DNA of 37,223 nt from contig JAZQQT010000056.1 of the NCBI GenBank assembly GCA_045629205.1, forward strand, positions 1 to 37,223. Reading direction: 5' to 3'. This document shows, piece by piece, positions 27,898-37,223 of the stretch. The position numbers and the translations under genes were made by a program. Numbering within the stretch: the stretch's first letter is position 1; each line of letters opens with the position of its first letter. Below the pieces are notes generated by a model. That model worked only from the letters and a program-made list of their open reading frames with translations, had not been told where the DNA came from and made no database searches. Source of the stretch: Eubacteriales bacterium (GTDB lineage Bacteria; Bacillota; Clostridia; Oscillospirales; UBA644).

Positions 27898-29056
27898 GGA
27901 AATGGCACGAGATACATTTGATAGAATTACCGAATATAAATCCGAACAGAAAAAACGAAGAAAAGCCATATTTAAAATTTCTTCTGTTGTTCTGAGTCTT
28001 TGTTTGGTGGCAATCATTGGCATTGGCTTTTGGAAATCGGACATATTAAAATCCGAAACGCCTATGCACGAACCTGAACCCGGATATAATCCTGTAATCG
28101 AGCCTGAAGATACAACGGCAGGAGGTCAAGAGATAGATTATCCCTCTCTTGAAAAATCTGTTATCACTTTGATTAATGTCAATAGTTTTTCAACTTTATA
28201 TACTACGGCATCCGGACTTAACACCAGCCTGACGTCGCATATAGTAAATGAATCTACCGATTTTTGTATTACTGATTCAGATGATAAATATGCTGTTTTA
28301 TCAATAATGGCGGGTAAGTGGCTTCAGTCTATGCTTTTCCGTGATTATTCAACATTATATTCGCTTTTCCCGGATGAGGTTCAGGATTTTTTTTGGAAGA
28401 ATAGTTTATGTGATTATTCATATATAGAATCATCATATAGTTCTCTTGCGGAAGCTTTGGCAAAAGCAGATAAGGTTAACTCCGATATACTTCCGTTTGA
28501 TACGTTTAATTTCAAATATGATGTTGTTCCCGTGGAAATGTTTTCTTCGGTTGAGGAATTCTTGGAATGGGATAAAGACTACGGATATTGTTTCGCTAAT
28601 TATCCTGGGATTGATGTGTCAAAAATCACGGATGTTGCCGTGGCTACAGTGGGTTATGTTTCCATAAATGTCAACGGCGGAATAGAACTTGAAATAGGTG
28701 GTACTGGCGGGGACACATTTATTATCTATGAGTATAACGGGAAATGGTATGTATGGGCCACCTTGTTATATGATGAAGAACTTTTTGCAATGATATCCAA
28801 TGAAACCAGTCATTACGGTGATTATTATGCAGAAGAATCATATTCCGGCGTTGTACTTGAAATAAACGACGGTATGATTATTATGGGCCCTTCTTCTGAC
28901 AGTAAAGGTGAATATTGTTTTTACTTTAAAAACGCTGAAAAATGTGATTTTTCCGTTGGAGACAATATTACCGTAACGTATTATAACGGATTTTCGATTT
29001 GGAGTAAAAACCATTTGCGCTGTAAAACCGCCGTCACGATTTCTCATGATTCTTAA
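27884..29056 (+). CDS. Putative membrane anti-sigma factor
   Basis: Overlaps the sigma stop; short N-terminus, KKRRK, single TM, large extracellular domain. Confidence 0.65.
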   Translation: MKTYEEMARDTFDRITEYKSEQKKRRKAIFKISSVVLSLCLVAIIGIGFWKSDILKSETPMHEPEPGYNPVIEPEDTTAGGQEIDYPSLEKSVITLINVNSFSTLYTTASGLNTSLTSHIVNESTDFCITDSDDKYAVLSIMAGKWLQSMLFRDYSTLYSLFPDEVQDFFWKNSLCDYSYIESSYSSLAEALAKADKVNSDILPFDTFNFKYDVVPVEMFSSVEEFLEWDKDYGYCFANYPGIDVSKITDVAVATVGYVSINVNGGIELEIGGTGGDTFIIYEYNGKWYVWATLLYDEELFAMISNETSHYGDYYAEESYSGVVLEINDGMIIMGPSSDSKGEYCFYFKNAEKCDFSVGDNITVTYYNGFSIWSKNHLRCKTAVTISHDS

Positions 29057-29113
29057 AGGTGAGGTCATTAAGCGAAGCATTGTGTTCTGTGGAATAGCGA
29101 TGCATAACATCAT

Positions 29114-29142
29114 TTGACAAGTAATTAAATACAAAGTATAAT
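29114..29142 (+). promoter_or_regulatory. Consensus sigma-A promoter
   Basis: TTGACA, 17 bp, TATAAT. Confidence 0.85.
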
Positions 29143-29147
29143 TGTAT

Positions 29148-29170
29148 AGACAAATTAGGATTTGCGGAGA
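29148..29170 (+). repeat. Boundary site, upstream type, running into the RBS (AGACAAATTAGGATTTGCGGAGA)
   Basis: 20/23 identical to the reverse complement of 1601-1623. Confidence 0.75.
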
Positions 29171-29179
29171 AAAACAGAA

Positions 29180-29704
29180 ATGAAAAAAGTACTTGTTTTA
29201 CTGACAGCACTTGTATATTTGTTTTCTCTTATCGGATGTTATGTCCGGATACCGGAAAACCCGGAAACCGACTTGGAATTCTGGATACAGGAGAACATGG
29301 ACGGCTTTGATTTTTCCGGTATGCGGGAACGATACGGCATAATGGGCGGACGGGAATATTACGGTTCCGGTTATTTTCCGACGGTAAATGAAAACGGAGA
29401 ACAAATCGATCCCGATGAATGTGTTATTTACACGATTACTTCTTATCCCGATTATTCAGATAATGAACAACATATAACCCGCATTACAATTACAGATCCG
29501 GCAGTAAAGATTTACGGTCTTTGTTCCGATTCATCTCTTGAGGAGTTTGACGTCTTGTTCGAGAGCATGGATTACACGATTGAGAACGTGGGAAATACAG
29601 GGTTGGTCCACAGAGCCGTGAAAGATAAAATATCATTTGCATACGGAAACGGATCAATTACTATCAGCGTGGAAGTTACAAACAAGTATGGTTTAATGTT
29701 CTGA
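29180..29704 (+). CDS. Hypothetical lipoprotein
   Basis: MKKVLVLL...LIG-C lipoprotein signal; GGAG RBS; own promoter. Confidence 0.8.
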   Translation: MKKVLVLLTALVYLFSLIGCYVRIPENPETDLEFWIQENMDGFDFSGMRERYGIMGGREYYGSGYFPTVNENGEQIDPDECVIYTITSYPDYSDNEQHITRITITDPAVKIYGLCSDSSLEEFDVLFESMDYTIENVGNTGLVHRAVKDKISFAYGNGSITISVEVTNKYGLMF

Positions 29705-29707
29705 AAA

Positions 29708-29723
29708 ATAAATCCCGATTTTG
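29708..29723 (+). repeat. Boundary site, downstream type (ATAAA-TCCCGA-TTTTG)
   Basis: Starts 4 bp after the stop codon; resembles 94-109 and 30876-30891. Confidence 0.6.
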
Positions 29724-29949
29724 TCTGGAAATGAATTTCTCGGGTAAAAGATTCCGACGCTGCATCCGGTTTTTATCGGCAATACGCAGTTCAAGTGCCG
29801 TGTATTCAAATGGTTTAGACTTTTAATTATGACGAATATATGAACTTTACGGGAATCCAGTATCCGTTTTCCGCTTTTTTACGTCTATATAAGTGAAGAG
29901 GGTTCAGAACGCTTTGGACATCTATTTTAAAACCCGGAAGGATAAAATC

Positions 29950-30858
29950 ATGAAAAAATGTGAAACAAGACTTGGGAAAATGATCTTTTTCGTTTTGGCG
30001 GTCATTCTGACTGTATTTCCTTTTGTCGGATGTGAAAGCGCCGTGACTGCGGATATGGACATAATATACGTCTATGTCACCGCGGTCGGCGACGATTGTA
30101 TTTATGGTAACAACACAAAGATTGTCTGCGGAAAAGACCACGGATATAATGTTTTCGATACCGTAAAGGTCGAATATTACAAGGCCGACATTGAAGAAAA
30201 ACAGGGCACGGAAACGGTGAATGAATTCGGCGAGTCGTATTATGTCAGATATGACCGAATTATCAAAAAGGTAGTTTTCTCCCGTAAGTCAAGACCGAAT
30301 GCAGGTGAACCGGTTTACGACAAGCCTGTCATCTATCTCTATCCCGAAAAAACGACAGAGGTCTTGGTCAATCTTGATTTCGACGGATATTTCACGAAAA
30401 CCATTCCGTCTTATCGTGACGGATGGCATGTAGTCGCATCTCCCGACGGTCAACTTATTGCCGACGACGGAAAAACTTATCCCTATCTCTTCTGGGAAGG
30501 CATTCCGAACAGTGAAATTACCATAACCGAGGGATTCTGCGTTGCGGGCAATCAAACCCGTGAATTTCTTGAAAAAATTCTGCCCGAAATCGGACTTGCC
30601 GAGAACGAATACACTGAATTTATCGAATATTGGCTCCCGTATATGGAGAACAACAAATATAACCTCATTCAGTTCTGTGGTGAAAATTATCTTGAGATCG
30701 CAAAACTCGAGATTACACCGACGCCGGATTCGGTGCTTCGAGTGTTTATGGCTTATAGTTCATCCGACGAATATATATCCCTCCCGGAACAGACATTTAC
30801 TCCTTTTGTCCGCAATGGGTTCACCATCGTGGAATGGGGCGGCACCTGTCTTGACTGA
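29950..30858 (+). CDS. Hypothetical lipoprotein with conserved uncharacterised KPVIYLYP domain
   Basis: FVG-C lipobox; DKPVIYLYPE, YPYLFWEG, EFIEYWLP, TIVEWGG; ATG at 29950 after GAAGGA. Confidence 0.8.
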   Translation: MKKCETRLGKMIFFVLAVILTVFPFVGCESAVTADMDIIYVYVTAVGDDCIYGNNTKIVCGKDHGYNVFDTVKVEYYKADIEEKQGTETVNEFGESYYVRYDRIIKKVVFSRKSRPNAGEPVYDKPVIYLYPEKTTEVLVNLDFDGYFTKTIPSYRDGWHVVASPDGQLIADDGKTYPYLFWEGIPNSEITITEGFCVAGNQTREFLEKILPEIGLAENEYTEFIEYWLPYMENNKYNLIQFCGENYLEIAKLEITPTPDSVLRVFMAYSSSDEYISLPEQTFTPFVRNGFTIVEWGGTCLD

Positions 30859-30875
30859 CAAATGGGGACAGCTCG

Positions 30876-30946
30876 ACCAATCCCGTTTTATCAAAACAAT
30901 AGAAACACCCCGTCGAAAAATATTTCTTTTCGGCGGGTATCTTTTT
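30876..30946 (+). repeat. Downstream-type boundary site plus terminator hairpin; homologous to 42-109 on minus
   Basis: ACCAA-TCCCGT-TTTAT, then CCCGTCGAAAA (30909-30919) / TTTTCGGCGGG (30927-30937), then TATCTTTTT. Confidence 0.65.
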
Positions 30947-31031
30947 ACACAAGAAAAAACTTTTCAGCGCTTTTGTTGACGGCAATGGCTTTGAAAAAAT
31001 TGGCTTTTTTCCGAAAAAATAAAGCGCGGTA

Positions 31032-31060
31032 TTGAATTATGTGCTTTAGTATGCTAATAT
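31032..31060 (+). promoter_or_regulatory. Promoter of asnS
   Basis: TTGAAT, 17 bp, TAATAT with extended TG. Confidence 0.55.
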
Positions 31061-31101
31061 ACAAAATAAAAATTTTTTTCAGATTATTATAAGGAGTAAA
31101 T

Positions 31102-32496
31102 GTGGACAGAATAACCGTAAAAGAATTGTTCTCCGCACCGGAATCATTTGTCGGAAAAGAAATTACCGTCGCCGGATGGGCAAGAACAATAAGAGATTCA
31201 AAAGCATTCGGTTTTATCGAACTTAACGACGGAAGTTATTTTAAATCGGTTCAGATTGTATTTGAGGAAGCCGTAATCGAAAATTATAAGCAGATTGCCA
31301 AGCTTAACGTGGGATCTGCGGTTTCTGTACGCGGTAATCTCGTTCTCACTCCCGAAAACAAACAGGCGTTCGAGGTAAAAGCCATCGCAATAGATGTTCT
31401 CGGAACTTCGACTCCGGACTATCCTCTTCAGAAAAAACGCCATTCACTCGAGTTTCTCCGTGAGATTGCTTATCTCCGCCCGAGAACCAATACCTTTTCG
31501 GCAGTATTCAGAGTAAGATCGGAAGCTGCTTATGCAATTCACGAATTCTTTAATTCGAACGGATTTGTTTATGTTCATACACCGCTTATTACCTGTGCTG
31601 ACTGCGAAGGAGCCGGTGAAACATTCCGTGTTACCACCATGGATTTTGATGATTTCCCAAAGACGGAAGACGGAAAGGCCGATTATTCGGAAGACTTTTT
31701 CGGCAAATCTTCCGGACTTACGGTTTCCGGTCAGTTAAATGCCGAAACATATGCTCTTGCTTTCGGAAAAGTATATACCTTCGGACCGACTTTCAGAGCC
31801 GAGAAATCCAACACAACGCGTCATGCGGCTGAGTTCTGGATGATCGAGCCCGAAATCGCATTTGCCGATCTTAACGATGATCTTAAGATGGCAACCGATA
31901 TGATAAAATATGTTATAAATACCGTTATGGAAAAATGTGCGCCTGAAATAGAGTTCTTCAACAGTTTTGTAGATAAAGACCTTATTTCCCGACTTACAAA
32001 TGTTGTCAGCTCGGATTTCGGTCGTATTACTTATACCGATGCGGTTGAATTGCTTAAGAAGAATAACGATAATTTCGAATATAAGGTTGAATGGGGCAGC
32101 GATCTCCAGACCGAACACGAGCGTTATCTTACAGAACAGATATTCAAACGTCCCGTTTTTGTTACGGATTATCCCAAGGAAATCAAAGCTTTCTATATGC
32201 GTCTTAATGACGACGGAAAAACCGTTGCCGCTGCCGACCTCCTTGTTCCCGGTATCGGAGAGATTATCGGCGGAAGCCAGAGAGAAGAACGTCTTGATTA
32301 TCTTCTTGCCGCTTACGATCGCATGGGTCTTAATGAAGAGGATTATTGGTGGTATACCAATCTCAGAAGATACGGCGGCGTTCAGCACGCAGGTTTCGGT
32401 CTCGGTTTTGAGCGTCTTATTATGTATCTTACAGGTATGGGAAATATCAGAGACGTTATTCCTTTCCCCAGAACAGTAGGAAATGCACAATTCTAA
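31102..32496 (+). CDS. asnS: Asparagine--tRNA ligase
   Basis: [51 protein letters not shown]; GTG start after AAGGAG. Confidence 0.97.
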   Translation: MDRITVKELFSAPESFVGKEITVAGWARTIRDSKAFGFIELNDGSYFKSVQIVFEEAVIENYKQIAKLNVGSAVSVRGNLVLTPENKQAFEVKAIAIDVLGTSTPDYPLQKKRHSLEFLREIAYLRPRTNTFSAVFRVRSEAAYAIHEFFNSNGFVYVHTPLITCADCEGAGETFRVTTMDFDDFPKTEDGKADYSEDFFGKSSGLTVSGQLNAETYALAFGKVYTFGPTFRAEKSNTTRHAAEFWMIEPEIAFADLNDDLKMATDMIKYVINTVMEKCAPEIEFFNSFVDKDLISRLTNVVSSDFGRITYTDAVELLKKNNDNFEYKVEWGSDLQTEHERYLTEQIFKRPVFVTDYPKEIKAFYMRLNDDGKTVAAADLLVPGIGEIIGGSQREERLDYLLAAYDRMGLNEEDYWWYTNLRRYGGVQHAGFGLGFERLIMYLTGMGNIRDVIPFPRTVGNAQF

Positions 32497-32537
32497 GGAA
32501 CTTAAACAGATATTTCATTTCGGATCGAGAATCGGTT

Positions 32538-33818
32538 ATGATAAAAGATTTTTCAAAAAAAGAGGCTGAGGAATATCTTCAGCAGTTATTAAAAGAATAC
32601 GATAGATGTAAGTCTCTGAATTTACATCTTGATATGTCCCGCGGCAAGCCATGTAAAGCTCAGCTTGATATTTCTGAGGAATTGCTGTCGGTCCTTTCAA
32701 AATCGGAAGATTGTTTTGCGGATGATAAGACCGATTGCAGGAACTAAGGCGGTCTTGCCGGTATTCCGGAGGCACGTAACCTGTTTGCCGACTTGATGGG
32801 CGTTTTGCCCGAGGAAGTAATCGTCGGCGGTAACAGCAGTTTGAATATGATGTATGATACCATTGCCAGAGCGATGCTATTTGGTGTTTACGGCGGTTCC
32901 AAACCGTGGGGGCAGCAGGAGGAAATCAAATTTCTTTGCCCTGTTCCGGGTTATGACAGGCATTTTACACTTTGTAAAACCTTTGGAATAAAAATGATTA
33001 ATATCCCGCTCGGCAAAGACGGCCCGGATATGGATGAGGTTCGTCGTTACGTTGAGAATGATTCTTCCGTAAAGGGGATTTGGTGTGTTCCAAAGTATTC
33101 AAATCCTGACGGAATCACTTATTCACCCGAAACCGTAAAAGCGTTTGCAGGACTGAATCCTGCCGCAGATGATTTTCGTATATTCTGGGATAATGCGTAT
33201 GTGGTGCATTGTTTTGCTGAAACAGACGATTATCTCGAAAATATTATGGATGAACTTAAGAAGAACGGTAAAGAGGATATGATATTTATGTATTCCTCAA
33301 CTTCAAAAGTGTCATTTCCGGGAGCAGGTGTCGCTGCCATGGCTGCTTCCAAGAACAACGTGGATCTTATTCTTAAACAGATGTTTCCTCAGACTATAGG
33401 TCCCGATAAAATCAATCAGCTTCGCCATGTTCGTTATTATAAAAATGCTGCAGGATACCGTGAGTATATGAAAAAACATGCGGCAATAATCGCGCCGAGA
33501 TTTTCCATTGTTACGGGAACTCTCGAACGTGAACTCGGTGAGGAGGGGATAGCAAGATGGACTGACCCCAACGGCGGTTATTTTGTTTCTCTGTTTGTGA
33601 TGAAAGGCTGTGCGAAACGTGTGGTTAAGCTACTTGCCGATGTCGGCGTAAAAATGACTGCGGCAGGTGCAACCTATCCGTATGGTGTTGATCTGGACGA
33701 CAGTAATATAAGAATCGCTCCCACATATCCGCCTGAAGACGAGCTTAAGCAGGCGATAGCAATTCTTTGTCTGTGCGTAAAGATTGCAGCATGTGAAAAA
33801 ATAATAAAAAATAAATGA
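32538..33818 (+). pseudogene. PLP-dependent class I/II (aspartate aminotransferase-like) gene interrupted by an in-frame TAA at 32745-32747
   Basis: LDMSRGKP..DCRN*GGLAGIPEAR continues in frame to PVPGYDRHF, YSNPDG, WDNAY, STSKVSFPG, RIAPTYP; read-through length 426 aa. Confidence 0.8.
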
Positions 33819-33825
33819 ATGTAAT

Positions 33826-33861
33826 AAAAGACGGCAGAAGCAATAAACTTCTGCCGTCTTT
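33826..33861. terminator. Bidirectional terminator between convergent genes
   Basis: AAAGACGGCAGAAG-caataaa-CTTCTGCCGTCTTT. Confidence 0.85.
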
Positions 33862-33885
33862 ATACTTTATGTTTGATAAGTTATA

Positions 33886-35178
33886 TTATTTAACGAGAGA
33901 TGATGATAATGCAGCGCCAACGGCAGCTTCCTCGTTAACCGGGGATATTCTGATGGGAAGAGGATATTTTGACTGCGCTACTTTTGTGAATATCGGGCAT
34001 TTGCGAGCAAGGGTTCCGGTGAGGAGGATCCCGTCAAACGGACCCACGTTAAGAAAATGCTCGTAGTATGGATATAATTCAGTTGCGATACCTTCTATAA
34101 AGGCCTGCGTGATTTTTTCGGGTGTGAATGTTCCGCTGTAAAGGTTGTAGATTGCCCCTTTTTTTGCCGGATCTTTACGAGTGCCGAGAAAGGCTGTGTC
34201 GACTTGCGGCAGAGGAGCTTCCTGTGTTGCAAATTCTTCCATTACAGAGTAAATCTCAGCAGTTGTTTTTTCTACACCGAATGCGGCAAGCGTCAGTCTG
34301 AAAAAGTCATTGAGTGAAGCGTAAGCCGCACCTCCGCATAAAGATGAAGCGGTATAAAGAAGATTTGAATTGATATACGGACGAAGCTCTGTGTTTCCGT
34401 CAACCTCGATGGCGTTTCGCATAATACATGAGATCTGACCGCCTGTTCCCATATTGAGAACCATTTCCGTATCCCCGGCTCCTGCGCCGTAGAAAGCAGA
34501 TTGACTGTCTCCGATTGCGACTGTAACCGGGATATCGTTGTTGATTTTGCCGACGGTCATAATATCAGATGATACTTCGGGAAGAAGATTTCGGTCGATT
34601 TCAAGCATTGCAAGAGCATCCTCGTCAAAATCGTCGCTCGACAGATCAAAGAGCCCGAGACTTGCGGCCATTGTTACATGCTGGACAACAGATTTCTCGC
34701 CTGTAAGAGACATCGCAACATAATCACCGATAGTATATATTTTATCGAATTTCCGAGGCAGAAGACCTTTATCTTTAAGATAAAAATGCGTGCAGATCCC
34801 GTATCCGGAGAAAACCTTGTATCCTGTGCAGAAGCAAATGTATTCACCGTAAGGCATTCCTCCTCGATATACTTTCTTGCCCGATGAATCGCGCCATGTA
34901 TACAGGTTAGATACAGCTTTACCATTATATGTATATAAAATTCCGTGCATTTGCCCGCAGATGCCTATTGAAGCTATTTCGTTGTCGCCTGCCGTTAATT
35001 CTTCAAGGGCGGAACGAACTGTGCTGACTATGATTTCGGGATCCTGCATATCATGCGGATATGCTGATCGGACACCGGAATTATTTTTTTTGACTACAGT
35101 TGAAAGAACATTTCCGTCTTCGTCAATTTTAACAATCGAAATAGAAGTTGTCCCGATATCAATGCCGATTCGATTCAT
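33886..35178 (-). CDS. FGGY-family carbohydrate kinase, sedoheptulokinase-like
   Basis: IGIDIGTTS, GICGQMHGI, YTWRD, GYGICTH, TIGDY, AASLGLFD, AIGDSQS, NMGTGGQIS; ATG at 35178 after GGAGG. Confidence 0.85.
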   Translation of the reverse strand: MNRIGIDIGTTSISIVKIDEDGNVLSTVVKKNNSGVRSAYPHDMQDPEIIVSTVRSALEELTAGDNEIASIGICGQMHGILYTYNGKAVSNLYTWRDSSGKKVYRGGMPYGEYICFCTGYKVFSGYGICTHFYLKDKGLLPRKFDKIYTIGDYVAMSLTGEKSVVQHVTMAASLGLFDLSSDDFDEDALAMLEIDRNLLPEVSSDIMTVGKINNDIPVTVAIGDSQSAFYGAGAGDTEMVLNMGTGGQISCIMRNAIEVDGNTELRPYINSNLLYTASSLCGGAAYASLNDFFRLTLAAFGVEKTTAEIYSVMEEFATQEAPLPQVDTAFLGTRKDPAKKGAIYNLYSGTFTPEKITQAFIEGIATELYPYYEHFLNVGPFDGILLTGTLARKCPIFTKVAQSKYPLPIRISPVNEEAAVGAALSSSLVK

Positions 35179-35206
35179 AGTAGCCTCCGAATAAAATGAT
35201 ATAAAT

Positions 35207-35235
35207 ATAATAACACAAAAGAAAAGAAAAATCAA
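35207..35235 (-). promoter_or_regulatory. Promoter of the kinase gene
   Basis: TTGATT, 17 bp, TATTAT with extended TG on minus. Confidence 0.5.
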
Positions 35236-35453
35236 GGGGAGAATGAAAAAAGCAAAAAAAAGATAAAGAAAAGAAGAGAAATGTATTGTCATATTATCTA
35301 TATAGCACATAAAAATTCAACATACAAGTAATGCACAATGAACAAACATAAAAATAAATATGAGGTATAAAAAAGTAAGAAAAAGGTGATGATTAAGGGG
35401 AAAACGGGTGCAAGAAAGTGAGGAAGGGGGAGAAATAAATAAAAAGAAAAAGG

Positions 35454-35482
35454 TTGACATAATGAAGGGGGGATGATATAAT
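35454..35482 (+). promoter_or_regulatory. rRNA operon promoter
   Basis: TTGACA, 17 bp, TATAAT with extended TG, preceded by A-tracts (UP-element-like). Confidence 0.9.
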
Positions 35483-35667
35483 AATCAAGCTCGCCGCGAA
35501 AAAGGGGAGCGGACGAAAGTCCAGATTGCAGATTGAAAATTAAACAGTGATAGACCCTGAAACGAATTTGAGTAAAGAGAAAGAAAACGCTCTTCCGTGG
35601 GGACACGGAGAAAGGTTTTCAGCCAGACTCGAAAGAGACATAAACATCCCAAGGGATGTTAGATATT

Positions 35668-37186
<1,519 letters not shown>

Positions 37187-37223
37187 AGCACTTTGGCGAA
37201 GCTTCTCACGAAGTGAAGTCAGA

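Noticed and set aside
30950-31101. T-box riboswitch before asnS
   Set aside because: The predicted promoter is only about 40 bp from the start; no T-box motif or attenuator seen.
31735-32490. 251-aa minus ORF
   Set aside because: Antisense shadow of asnS.
35190-35453. Purine/A-rich low-complexity tract and its hydrophobic minus ORFs
   Set aside because: Typical rRNA upstream region; no periodic repeat or CRISPR structure.

Overview
Chromosomal window from a Gram-positive Clostridia-type bacterium; the 16S sequence looks Oscillospirales/Ruminococcaceae-like (judged by eye, not classified). In order: an XRE-HTH/TPR-like regulator, an SGNH hydrolase, the ctsR-mcsA-mcsB-clpC heat-shock operon with two CtsR boxes, a PAP2 phosphatase, a split transketolase, two tandem class B sortases (one an Ig-domain lipoprotein fusion), a 12-kb eight-gene carbohydrate ABC module (giant solute-binding lipoprotein, 4 permeases, NHL/TPR protein, YIP1-like protein, DUF5696-like lipoprotein; no ATPase or recognisable hydrolase), an ABC exporter, an ECF sigma/anti-sigma pair plus two lipoproteins, asnS, a PLP aminotransferase broken by one in-frame TAA, a sedoheptulokinase-like FGGY kinase and a full 16S rRNA gene. 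Best leads: (1) five copies of a 16-bp quasi-palindrome (ACAAA-N6-TTTGY-like) at the boundaries of accessory genes, suggesting a gene-cassette recombination system; (2) the eight-gene glycan-capture module; (3) the Ig-sortase lipoprotein; (4) compensated substitutions in the 16S 530 pseudoknot and decoding site. All family calls rest on motif recognition; no database search was run.
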